From contig ML978123.1 in the NCBI GenBank assembly GCA_010015805.1, positions 2,542,001 to 2,606,000 on the forward strand: a stretch of 64,000 nucleotides of DNA. Reading direction: 5' to 3'. The stretch is from Rhizodiscina lignyota (lineage: Eukaryota). Below the pieces are notes generated by a model. The model was not told the origin of the DNA. It saw only the letters and a program-made list of their open reading frames with translations, and ran no database searches. Of this stretch, positions 1-10,555 are shown in pieces (within the stretch, counting starts at the first letter, position 1; each line of letters opens with the position of its first letter). The position numbers and the translations under genes were made by a program.

Positions 1-1257
1 CCGTCGAAATGACCTGAACTATCACCTCGTCATCTTTCAATGGGCTATCGAGCAACGGTCGATTCTGAAGCTCAAACTGTTTAGGCCCTACCAAGACGGC
101 AAGGAGATTAGCAGGGTTGGTCATTTCACCATTCATTATGGACGTCATAATTGCGATTTCTCTGCTACGAAGCTGTGATGAACAAATTCAAGTCTCTCCT
201 TAACATTTCCTCATCAAATGCCGAGTGCCGGCCAGTACTTGCGATCCGGCAATTTCGACGGTCATGATGCGGGGAATCTAGACTATGAAGCCACATTGAA
301 GGGTAGGTTGAGGGCTTTTCCGCCCCAAGACGGTCCATGAAGTTCCTTGACGAGCCGGTTCTTAAGTCTGCTACGTTGAATTGGTTGTTAAGTACCTGAA
401 GAAATCGCTAAAGCAATTGGATCTCTTCGAAGTTGCGCGCCCCCACACGAAACACCCTTTATCCTTTCCTAGTTAGGTTTAGCTTATGGCTGGTGGCTGA
501 ACTTCACAGGTACAAGACCTCTCCACGTCCTGATGATACACCGTGGCGTCGCATGTCACAGACTTGGCATTTTTCCTGCTCCTTCAACATTGATCTGGCT
601 TTCAATTGAGCTCAAATCTGAGCAGTTCATTCATTCCGTCCTCAGCCTTGCATTGGTGGAGACTATCGAATGTCTTAAAGATGAGCGCGGCGCACCATTC
701 GACACGATATCGTCTAGCCTGGAAATGTTTCGACGCTGTACCGAGCTAGACGGCTCTCTATTATGATTGTATACGGAGTAAAATCTTTTGTAAATTTGAA
801 TAGTCTTTCTTCTTGGACTTCTTCTGTCCAACACGCTAAGCTTACTAGACTGTTCCAGCCTTGTGAAGCACAGAACCTTAAGATTGCTCGTAAAGCTTCA
901 GCCTTAGAAATGCCGACTTGCTCTGCCTTTATCGCGAGTCCCATAATTTGAATTGAGGCTACATCTGCAGCCAGCCTTACACAGCCTTTGGAGTTGTGGA
1001 ACACTTACTCCCCTTAATCCCCTACGAGCTCAGCCGTTGGTCATAGGCGAGATTAGCGCGACCGAAAAAGTGAGTCCCTTCCCTCTTAGTGCGACTATAG
1101 TGCCACTGTCTCAGGTTATATGTGGCTTGCGGTTCCATATTAATTCCTACCTATATGTCGTTTCTGGTGACCACATATGCTTTTCGGAATGTTCCAGTTT
1201 CTCTCTCGATCCACTGTCTAGTTACTGGTAGTCAATGCTCCTTGCGCAATTTTTGCA

Positions 1258-2304
1258 ATGACGACATTTAATTTCGATGACAATACATGGTACTCAATCC
1301 AGAACAAGGCATTCCCGAATACGTCGATCAGCGCCTTTTCGGAGCTTGTAGCTCCAGGGAATGAGAGTGCTTTGCGCGATGTTGCTACCAATGCGACTGA
1401 TCCTGGCCAGCAATTCCAGTTCTTTCGTGCGAATGTTAGCCCCAGTACTTTCCTCGTTCGAAGCAATGGTCCAGGCTCAAGTCTCTATCTTGGTGCGCAA
1501 AACCCGATATCAGATCAGGTTGCTTCAGACACTTCACCAGTCATGCGACCTACGACTCTGTTTCCTAACGACTTGAGCGTTCTTTGGAATGTAACTCCAT
1601 GGGGCGATGGCTACTATTATCTCACTAACTATGCTAATGGATCAAAATTGCGTCTCATGGTTCAGAGCGGCCCAGAAGATGACTCGGCAGGCACCATGGG
1701 GAGGACTCTCTACGTATGGTCAAGTTACAACACCATGCCTGATAACTATCGGTTCAATTTCACGAAACTTGGCAAAGAGATTGATAATCCGAGTTTCTCA
1801 TTCGCTCAGACGCCGACTGCCGCACTTGAAACAACTGCGGCGCCTTCGGGAAGCAGTGCCGAATATTCGTCGATGTCGAGCGCTCCACCACGCTCCATAA
1901 CACCAGCATCAACAACAACAGCGCCGGCAGTATCAGCCGCAGCAAAATCGGCACACGGGATATCTTCTGGAGCGATTGCTGGTATTTCCATAGGATCGGT
2001 AGCTACAGTGGCAATTCTCGTTGCTGTGATAGCATTCCTCTTCGTTCGGCGTCGTCGAAAACGCCAGTTAAGTGAAAGACTTCTGGAAACCTCTGGTCAG
2101 GTTCATCCGGGGCTAGTTGGTCCTCATGAGATGCTTGTTCCTTCGCCCAATGTACGCGAAGTAGATGGGACACAGCTGGCAGGAGAGCTACCTGGATTAC
2201 GAGATGCCGGCGAGTTGGATGGGACGTCCGGAACAGCCGCAGCTGAATTACACGGATCAAACGCAGGCCATGAACTGGATGTTAGGAGGAATGGTCAGGA
2301 TTGA
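1258..2304 (+). CDS. Single-pass membrane protein: ricin-B/beta-trefoil-like N-terminal domain, Ser/Thr stalk, TM helix, cytoplasmic tail
   Basis: 348-aa intronless ORF. QQFQF and LWNVTPWGDGYYYLTNYANG resemble fungal ricin-B-like repeats. S/T/A-rich linker, TM GAIAGISIGSVATVAILVAVIAFLFV followed by RRRRKR. Confidence 0.75.
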   Translation: MTTFNFDDNTWYSIQNKAFPNTSISAFSELVAPGNESALRDVATNATDPGQQFQFFRANVSPSTFLVRSNGPGSSLYLGAQNPISDQVASDTSPVMRPTTLFPNDLSVLWNVTPWGDGYYYLTNYANGSKLRLMVQSGPEDDSAGTMGRTLYVWSSYNTMPDNYRFNFTKLGKEIDNPSFSFAQTPTAALETTAAPSGSSAEYSSMSSAPPRSITPASTTTAPAVSAAAKSAHGISSGAIAGISIGSVATVAILVAVIAFLFVRRRRKRQLSERLLETSGQVHPGLVGPHEMLVPSPNVREVDGTQLAGELPGLRDAGELDGTSGTAAAELHGSNAGHELDVRRNGQD

Positions 2305-2478
2305 TAGGAAGGCACTTGCGAAACTGGGGGGGAAAGAGGTCCACTTCTCTGACAGTTTCGGTCTGTCATTATTCTTTGGTAATACATGACATAGCGCATA
2401 TGAAGAGCTCTGTTCTTGATGTAGTCTAGATGCAATAACGACAGCTCCGATATTCTATATTTTTGCGTCGAAGATAGA

Positions 2479-4355
2479 CTATGTGTCTTCCTCATATCGC
2501 CTCACCAACAGATTCTCTTGCTGAAGATGCTCCTTGACTTGCTTGACTGTATACTCTCCTCGGTGAAACTAGGCGGAGGTTAGCGATGCTAAGCAAACTT
2601 GATAAAATTGCGAAATTGGCGGCTGATGACTCACAATGCCGGCGCCCAACGCCGCATCTGCGCTTGTCTTCTCGAAAACTTCTGCAAAGTGGCCCGGGTT
2701 CCCTGCTCCACTACTTGCAATCACAGGAATATCTATAGCACTCTTTACGTCCCGTATCAGCTCAAGATCGAATCCGCTGTTAGTTCCGTCTTTGTCAATG
2801 CAGTTCAGGAGAATCTCTCCGGCGCCTAACGCTTCAACTGCCCGCACAAGTTGAATGACATCGAAGTCACGCCCTTCTCGTCCTCCTTTGATCGTACATT
2901 GATACCAGCAGTATTCCTCTCCTTGCGGACCAGGGAACGCTGTGCGAATAGTATGATGAGAGGTTGAAGAGGGCGATGAGACATATACGCGCCTAGGATC
3001 AACAGACACGACGACTGCTTGATTGCCGTATGCTGCTGATATTGACTCGATTGCTGTGGTTCCGGTGAGTTTTTTCCCACTCGCGTAGTACTCCTCCGCG
3101 GCGGTAACTGCATCAGATCCGATGCTGACTTTGTCCGCACCGGATTTGAAATATAGCGTTGCAATATCCAGAGCAGACACCTTACTACCATCCGTATCGA
3201 CAGTGTCGCGAATACCACCACCTATGGTCAGTGGTACAAACACCGTCTCTGATGTTCTCCGCAAAATCTCCAACATCGGTAGATCGGCGACGGGACAATT
3301 GCGGAAAGATGTGATGTTCAAGAACGTGACCTCGTCAGCTCCTTGCTCGTAGTATTTTTGGGCCATCTCGACTGGCTTTCCTAGATTCCTCACTGCTCCA
3401 CCGGTGCTGACCCCATCTCTCTCTCGCACATCATATTGATCCCCTTTCGTCACGACCAAGTCTCCCTGATCGTTCGTACGGACATCTAGACAGGCAATGA
3501 CACGGCGCGTCAAGCCTTCTTGAATCGAGTTCACTGTGGGCGGGGATGAAAGTGGTTGTATGCTACGTCCATCTAGAAATGCTTTGATGACCCGAAGACC
3601 TGCTGCCCCGCTCTTCTCTGGATGAAACTGCGTAGCGAGAACATTATCGCGCGAGACGGCCCCAACGAACTCTTCGTTTCCGTATCTCGCTGTAGCCACA
3701 GCCCAACCAGCCTTCTCGAGCTCGCCTTCTCGATAAGGTATCGCATACGAATGGACGTAGTAGTACTTGCTGTCGGGTCTTAGGCCATACAAGCTCTCGT
3801 CCACTTTCGTTCCACTCAATGCAGTGTTCGCAGAATTCCAGCCGATGTGTGGAACGCTCTTATCTCTCGGATCGAACTTGACAAGCTTCTTGTTGATGAA
3901 GCCGAATCCAGGAACGGCCTCGTCCTCCTCTGATCCTGCACAGAGAGCCTGTAGACCAACGCAGATGCCCATGAACGGCTTTCCGGCACGGATGTGCTCA
4001 CATATTGCGTCGGTATAGTTCGCTTTGGCGAACTGTGAGACACAGTAGCCAAAATGGCCGACCCCAGGTAGAATTAATTTCTACTTGGGTATAAATGTCA
4101 GACTGAGTCTTGAGGATGCACCGGGGGTGAAGAAGAGCGATCAAAAAAGAGAAAATAAATCAGAAATCAATTACACAACATGATATTGTGCAACAAGATT
4201 GGCTATTCAAGAAAGTAGACATTTGCACGAACCTCTGCTTTTGCGATATCGGCTGGTGACTTGATCCATTCCACTTCATACCCAAGTTTCTCAATTGCAT
4301 TGACAAGCGATCGCACATTACCTGCCACGTAGTCTAGCAGGTGAACTGTAGGCAT
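2479..4355 (-). CDS. HIS7: Imidazole glycerol phosphate synthase hisHF (bifunctional)
   Basis: Start [17 protein letters not shown] at 4355. Motifs [17 protein letters not shown] and [13 protein letters not shown]. Intron about 4082-4232 and a 3' intron about 2569-2634. Last exon [15 protein letters not shown]...EEDT*. Confidence 0.97.
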
Positions 4356-4419
4356 TTTGAAGATAAATCATTGGGAACACAGAGAACAACGGTGTTTGGG
4401 AGGGAGATATTGGACAATT

Positions 4420-4426
4420 TGAGTCA
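4420..4426. promoter_or_regulatory. Gcn4/CpcA/CPC-1 binding site (TGAGTCA)
   Basis: Perfect TGASTCA 65 bp upstream of the HIS7 ATG. hisHF genes are established cross-pathway-control targets in yeast and Aspergillus. Confidence 0.75.
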
Positions 4427-4580
4427 CGGTTTCTCACCTTGCTCTAAAAATCTCAGCCTTACGCGCACGGACTTGAGATAAGATTAGATCCGAATTCGCC
4501 ATCTTTTCCCGACAACTTTTGTGGGCTTCCTGTCGACCTCGTCGGATCTTTTATTTCAACCTCAACACGAATTCGCAGTT

Positions 4581-5203
4581 ATGGTGCGAAAACTGAAGCA
4601 TCACGAGCAGAAGCTCCTCCGCAAGGTCGATTTCACTACTTATAAGTCCGACAACAATCACCGAGACGCCGCCATAATTCGCCGTTACCATCTACAGAAC
4701 CCAAACGACTACACCAGCTACAACAAAATCTGCGGCTCCCTCAGACATCTCGCGCATCGCTTATCGAACCTCGACCCATCAGATCCTGTCCGAAGGAAAC
4801 AGGAGGAGCTTATGCTGGAGAAGCTGTTTGACATGGGCATATTAGGCACGGGAGGAGGTGGACGAGGCAAGCTGAGCGATGTGGAGAACAAAGTCACCGT
4901 CAGCGCTTTCGCAAGGAGAAGATTAGGCGTTGTGATGACGAGATTAAGGATGGCGGAGAATGTGCAAGCGGCAGTGAAATTCATTGAACAAGGCCATGTC
5001 CGAGTCGGGACAGAAGTGATCACAGACCCGGCGTATCTGGTTACCAGGTAAACTCTCTTCCCTGTGTTTCGTTCGAAAGACGGTTAGCTGATCCATCAAT
5101 TATTAGGAACATGGAAGATTTTGTGACGTGGGTGGATTCATCGAAGATCAAGAGGAACATCATGAAGTACCGGGATAAACTGGACGATTTCGAGCTACTC
5201 TAA
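4581..5203 (+). CDS. IMP3: U3 snoRNP protein Imp3 (S4 RNA-binding family)
   Basis: [18 protein letters not shown] start and EQGHVRVG S4 motif. Intron 5048-5106 (GT..AG). Exon 2 [31 protein letters not shown]. Confidence 0.97.
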
Positions 5204-5290
5204 CCAAGCTGAGCGGCCAAGACGCATCCGGTACTCATTCATCACTAATGCACTCCGTCGACATTCACTTTGCCTCTACGGAAACGCCTT

Positions 5291-6855
5291 TTATACTTCT
5301 ATCCTCTCGATCCTCTCATGAACCGACTTCTCCGCTTCGATTTGCTTCACTTCCTCCTCTTCGACAATACCATGTCCATCCGCCGTCAAGTGCACGACCA
5401 CCTTATCTCCAAACAGCTCTCCAATCTCCTCCAAGCTGAGATTGCTCGTCTCCGGTACAAAGAAGTAGATCACCACGACCGTCACGCAGTTGCACGCGAT
5501 ATACACCAAATACATCTTCCAGCCAATGTTATTGAATGCAGTTGCAGAAGGGGTCGTGAAGGTGATCGCGCCAACGAAGTACGCTGCGAAGCCCAGAGCG
5601 ATCCCCTTCGCACGCAAAGTCGTAGGGAAAATTTCTGCGCAATAGACAAACTGTGGCGGGTCGAGAAAGAAGCCGTACAATCCTACCCAGATCCAGAGCA
5701 TGGCTACTGCGGCGGCATTTCCAGCTTTGCTCGTTGTGCCGATGTATTGCTTTTGCAGTAACATCTCTACGATGAGAAGCAGTGTGACGGCGACATATCC
5801 CATGAGTAGGAGGCGGCGACGACCAATGCGATCCATAAAGTACGCACAAAAGAAGTTCGGAATCGTGCCAATTAGAGCATACATGCAGTAGAAGAGCAGC
5901 GCCATATATCCTGTGATGCCCAGGCTGTTGTAGATGAGGACCTGGAAGTTGCCGATGCCCAGGATACCAGTAGCCTGTGTAGCGAAGAGCAGGAATATTA
6001 CTAGCAATGAGCGTCCGCGCCATGTTGGCTTGCGAAACATTTGAATGTAGCCGGTATTTTGCTGCTTGTCGTAATCGACCTGTAGCACAATCTGTTGAAA
6101 TTCGGCGTGTGCTGAGAGTTCTTCTGGATCGGAGGCATCGTGGTGGAGTCTACGAAGAACAGTCCATGCTTCCTCCTTGCGTTCAGCCCAAACGAGATAA
6201 CGTGGCGACTCAGGAATCCAATAGATGCCAGAGAGGGTTATGAGTGGACTAACGCAGGCAAGAGCAAGAGGAAGGCGCCATTGGAGAACTTGGTTCGAAG
6301 AGAAGAAAGCAGCAAAGCCAACCCATGAGCACACAACGTATCCGCTGGCCAAAGAACAAGCAGTGAGGCCGCTGAGCAATCCACGATTATTCTTGTGGGC
6401 AACCTCGGTGAGATAGACCGAGACCAGAGTGATACTCTGCCCGAGGCCGATCCCTTGAAAGAAGCGGCACGAAACTAGCATGGCGATGTTCACACTTCCA
6501 GCACAGAGAGCTCCGCCACCGACACAGAAGAGCTGGGAGATGATAATGGCCTTCTTTCGGCCGAGCCAGTCGCCCACCCATCCTTGGATAATGGCACCTG
6601 CAGCAGCACCTGCAGCGAAGAGTGAATTAACGGCCCCGATAATTGATGCTGTGTAGGAGCTTGTCGAATCTAGATTGAAGTATGCATAGAAGCCAGGTTG
6701 GCCAATGGAAGTAACCTGTGGAAGTCAGCGAAACGGTCTTTCTACCTCTGACATCTGACCGGACATACGAAGACCGCGAACGCAAAGCCATATGTGAACG
6801 CACCGAGCGCCACAAAGGCAACAACACCAGCTTGGTATGCTGTAACTTTGCCCAT
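5291..6855 (-). CDS. MFS sugar porter family transporter
   Basis: Start MGKVTAYQAG at 6855 with one intron about 6716-6768. Sugar-porter motifs GDWLGRK, PESPRYL, DRIGRR, EIFPTTLRAKG and PETSNLSLEEI. Confidence 0.93.
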
Positions 6856-7106
6856 TTTCAAAGCAAGAGATGCCAAAACCTACCGCTGACTAGACAGTCG
6901 ACTTGCGATACTCTTATACCATGCACCAACGCCATAACCTTGGATATTGCAGGCATATCGTACGCCGAGTTTGGATGATAGATCGTCCTGTGGCGTTGAA
7001 GATTGAGAATTTCCTCTTTTCCTGTCCCGTCACATCGCAGAGGGTCACCCGCCACATGCATGGTAGATCAGCAGGCGAACCATTCTAGGCACGCGAAGGG
7101 AATTAA

Positions 7107-7140
7107 GTGGAGGTCGAGAGCAATCTGGGGTAGTGCGGGG
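7107..7140. promoter_or_regulatory. Cluster of three CreA/Mig1-type SYGGRG sites
   Basis: GTGGAG 7107-7112, CTGGGG 7125-7130 and GCGGGG 7135-7140, lying 250-285 bp upstream of the sugar porter ATG. Confidence 0.5.
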
Positions 7141-8154
7141 TCAGTTTAGCGTTGGAGAAGCTTGAAAACTACATTTTACAGAGGCGAGATTGGATCTGCT
7201 CGACAGATGGTCGAGTCAGAGAGTGTCGGGAATCGATTACCGGACAGCAGTTGAAATCCTTGTATACAAGCAGCATGGTGAGCCGCAAATCAGTACTCTT
7301 GGTTTTGGGAGCTTATAATTGATATGTCGATGCTAAAAGCGAAGGAAAAAAGGGGAGAAGCGTAAATGAGCTTGTAAAGGAGTCATTGAGCTCAACGCTA
7401 CAGTAATCTGAGAAGAATGATATCGACAATGAGTCCGTGATAGACAGGCAGACTCTCACATCATCAAAGTTAGAGCAATCCCCAAACTCTTGCAACCGCG
7501 TATGCTCGGTATCAGCCCGAAGGAACCAGGCTGAGACAATGCAGCAGCAGAGTAAAAAGGCAAGGAGGCCTGCATCTGGGTCGCATACGGTCAGAACGGC
7601 AAAGCGTCACTGAGATTTCTCTTCAGGATTCTACCTTCTGTGAAAGTGGAAAATACGTGCATTGGGATACATCTGAGCCAAAGTGAACGAGCTTTATAGC
7701 GAAAGTATAGCATCGCGACGTCGAGAAGTTCATGGAGAGTTGAAGTTTGAACGTCTTGTGGCTGCCGGCCCGACAGTCTCCACTTTTCCGTGTCGAAGTA
7801 TCCGTGCTGAGGAGGCGGCGACACTATAATCAGACCCAAGATTAATCTGCGGAGTGAAGAAGAGGATCGAACGCAGTTTTCGAGATACATCCTTCGGGCC
7901 GATTGATAATTTCTTCTGTTGGACATTTCGCTATTGTGACAAATGAAGATACATGACCATGAATTCTTTCAAAGTCTTTGGACTCACGCCCTCTCGTACT
8001 CTGTCTGCTTACAAACCGCAATTGAGATTCAAGTTGTCACCCGTTATGCTCTTATATATAGTATCATTTTCACCGTCTCCCCTGGACCAAGGTCTGGTGT
8101 ATTTAATATTCTTTGAAAATTAGAATCTATCAGTCACTGTATAGCAGCAGGAGC

Positions 8155-9351
8155 ATGTCTTCCTCTTCCGAGATGAAAGCTCTTCTCCTCGACGCAACAC
8201 AACGAACCGGCGTCGTCAAATCACTCCCTTGTCCCGTCCCTGCGCCGAATGAGCTTCTCATCCAAGTCAAAGCCATAGCACTCAATCCAGTCGATGCACT
8301 CTACGCAGCTGAACCACTAGGTAAAACCGGCCGTGTACTCGGTTCCGACTTCTCCGGCATTGTTGTCTCCCTCGGCTCCTCTGTTCCTGAGTCCTCTCAT
8401 CTTGTGGCTGGTTCTCGAGTGGCCGGATTCCTGCAAGGCGCCAGTAGCATTGACGATCATCCAGGCGCCTTTGCTGAGTTCTTGGTCTGCCCGTGGGACC
8501 TTGTCTGGCGCATCGGAGATCTCCCTTTCGAACTGGCTGCTACCGTCAGTCTTTGTGCATTGACAGCGGCGCAAGCGCTCTTCCTCCGTTTCCGTCTTCC
8601 AGCTCCTTTCACGTGGTGCAATTCTGATGTCCCAGACACCAAGGACGAGCCCCGGACTCAAGATCATGGCCCGATAAGCATATTCATCAACGGCGCTTCA
8701 ACGTCTGTCGCGCTTTTTGCTTCTCAACTCGCTCAGCACACTCCATGTCCTGTTAGACTCTTCGGTTCAGCGTCTCGAAAACATTTCTCTATGCTCTCCT
8801 CTGCTCCGTATAACTATGCTCACCTAGTAGACTACCGGTCTCCTGGCTGGCCACAACAGGTCCTTGCCTTGACGGAAAACCGCGGCATCAACTTAGCATA
8901 TGACTGCATATCCGAAGGTGATACTGTCCTCAAGACTAGTATGACTTTAAAGAAGATGGTCGGCGTGCACGGTGATAGGACAGCGAAACTAGCAGTGGTG
9001 AGATCGCGAGAGGGCGGAGCGTGGAGCACGCCGATGAAAGAGCTTGGAGTTGAACCGAGCTACGGTGCTGTCTGGGAGGGACTAGGCGAAGAAGTGATAT
9101 ACGCGGGTATGACACTTGCGCCCAACGCTGTGTCAAGAGCGTTCACGGCAGCATTTTATGCGTGGCTGTCTGAAGGCAAAGAGCTCGTGCCGAATCCTGT
9201 GAGGATCATGCCTGGCGGGTTAGCGAATGTGGCAGAAGACGGCTTTGTGTTACTAGGTAGTGGAGGAATGAATGATAGACAAGCCCCCGCGAAAGACCAA
9301 GAGTACATGAGGCCGGTCAGTGGCGAAAAGTTAGTATACATTATACAATGA
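8155..9351 (+). CDS. Zinc-independent MDR oxidoreductase (trans-enoyl reductase-like)
   Basis: Motifs VKAIALNPVD, GSDFSGIV, GAFAEF, NGASTSVALF (Rossmann-like), YDCISEG and C-terminal VSGEKLVY. Single exon; start at 8155 or 8173. Confidence 0.9.
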   Translation: MSSSSEMKALLLDATQRTGVVKSLPCPVPAPNELLIQVKAIALNPVDALYAAEPLGKTGRVLGSDFSGIVVSLGSSVPESSHLVAGSRVAGFLQGASSIDDHPGAFAEFLVCPWDLVWRIGDLPFELAATVSLCALTAAQALFLRFRLPAPFTWCNSDVPDTKDEPRTQDHGPISIFINGASTSVALFASQLAQHTPCPVRLFGSASRKHFSMLSSAPYNYAHLVDYRSPGWPQQVLALTENRGINLAYDCISEGDTVLKTSMTLKKMVGVHGDRTAKLAVVRSREGGAWSTPMKELGVEPSYGAVWEGLGEEVIYAGMTLAPNAVSRAFTAAFYAWLSEGKELVPNPVRIMPGGLANVAEDGFVLLGSGGMNDRQAPAKDQEYMRPVSGEKLVYIIQ

Positions 9352-9395
9352 ATCATCCTAACCGCACCAATCATCATGCTTGTGCAACAAGAGGC

Positions 9396-10555
9396 TCAAC
9401 CAAGTCTATGCGTCAAGGCGTCTGGTGATACGATTGGCGGCGACACTGGTGTGTGACTTGAGAGTCCGGAATTCGCATAGCTGCTATTATCCATTTCGAC
9501 AGGCGAATTATAGTTGCCGTCTAACTCATTCCGCTGGTTCTTCGCTCTCTGTGCGTTGTATGGAGCTTCGAACACTGCGCCGGTATGGTCAGCTTCATAA
9601 TATGCGGCGCTCGTGCTAGATCCTCCACCCATGCTCGCTTGCGGCTGGACAAAGGTCTCCTGCATGCCTGTATCCGAGGTAGCTGAGCTCAGAGTCTTTC
9701 GCTGACTGCGACGGTGGAACCACAAGAAGAGCCCGACAAGGAGAGCAAGAAGCGCAGCACCACCAAGGCCACCCCCAAGGCCGGCAGCGAGGACTGAACC
9801 GCTGTTGGATTTCTGTTGCGGAGGGTTGGCTGTGGGAGTAGGCGAGTGAGTTGTGGAAGAGCTACTGTGAGCCACATTAGTCAAGAGCACGCTTCTCGGT
9901 TGGACAGCGACTCACCTTGCGGATAATTTGCTCAAAGTTATGGCCAACGCCGATGCCGAAGTGGTACTTTTAGTGCTTGACGACGATGTCGTCGTCGTAG
10001 TTGAGCTCATTCCTAGCCAGCTGGTTGCTTTGATGACCGTAACCGTAGTCGGCTGTGACGCGCCGCGTTGGATAGCATTTTTTCCATCCAGGCAGTCGCA
10101 GGTATCGTCCTCAGGGCAGCAATAAAAATCCTGTCCGCCTGAACCTGAACTTTCGCACTTGGCGAGTGGTAAGCTGGCATTCAAGCCTGCCCATTATCTC
10201 CAAATCAGCATCCCGCTCTCTTGTACGCAGAGTAGCTCACAGTTCCTCACATACCATATTTGGGCTGAAGACAGAAACTGGGGCACGCGTTGCTCGACCA
10301 TGTCTTATCCGTGCATGTTCCTCTGTAGTAGCTTTCTTGACTACCCTGTGCGATATAACAGATGCCATCTGACAAACAAGACCAACCGGTCCCGCAACAG
10401 AAGCTTTGGTCGGCATCGGGGTAACATGCTTGGTCGTCTTGTATGATGGTTTTGCCGTCAGGTTCGTAGCACTCTGCCTTCACAAGAGCTGTCCATAAGT
10501 AGAAAAGAAGGAGAGAGACGCTGCATCTGCTAAGCAGATATACAAACAGCCTCAT
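9396..10555 (-). CDS. Cell-surface sensor-like protein: signal peptide, Cys-rich domain, Ser/Thr stalk, TM, tail
   Basis: MRLFVYLL...VKA signal peptide. CYEPDG...ACYP...FCCG..CLSDGIC...YYRGTCTDKTWSSNACPSFC domain. Two introns (about 10198-10254 and about 9868-9915). TM AAGLGGGLGGAALLALLVGLFLWF followed by HRRSQRK. Confidence 0.85.

Noticed and set aside
533..1231. Short ORFs at the window start (also 7313-7926 and 27512-28086)
   Set aside because: No recognisable domain or consistent splice model; may be decayed fragments or chance.
2627..2633. Second TGACTCA (Gcn4-like) inside HIS7
   Set aside because: It is the reverse complement of the intron donor GTGAGTCA, so splicing explains it.
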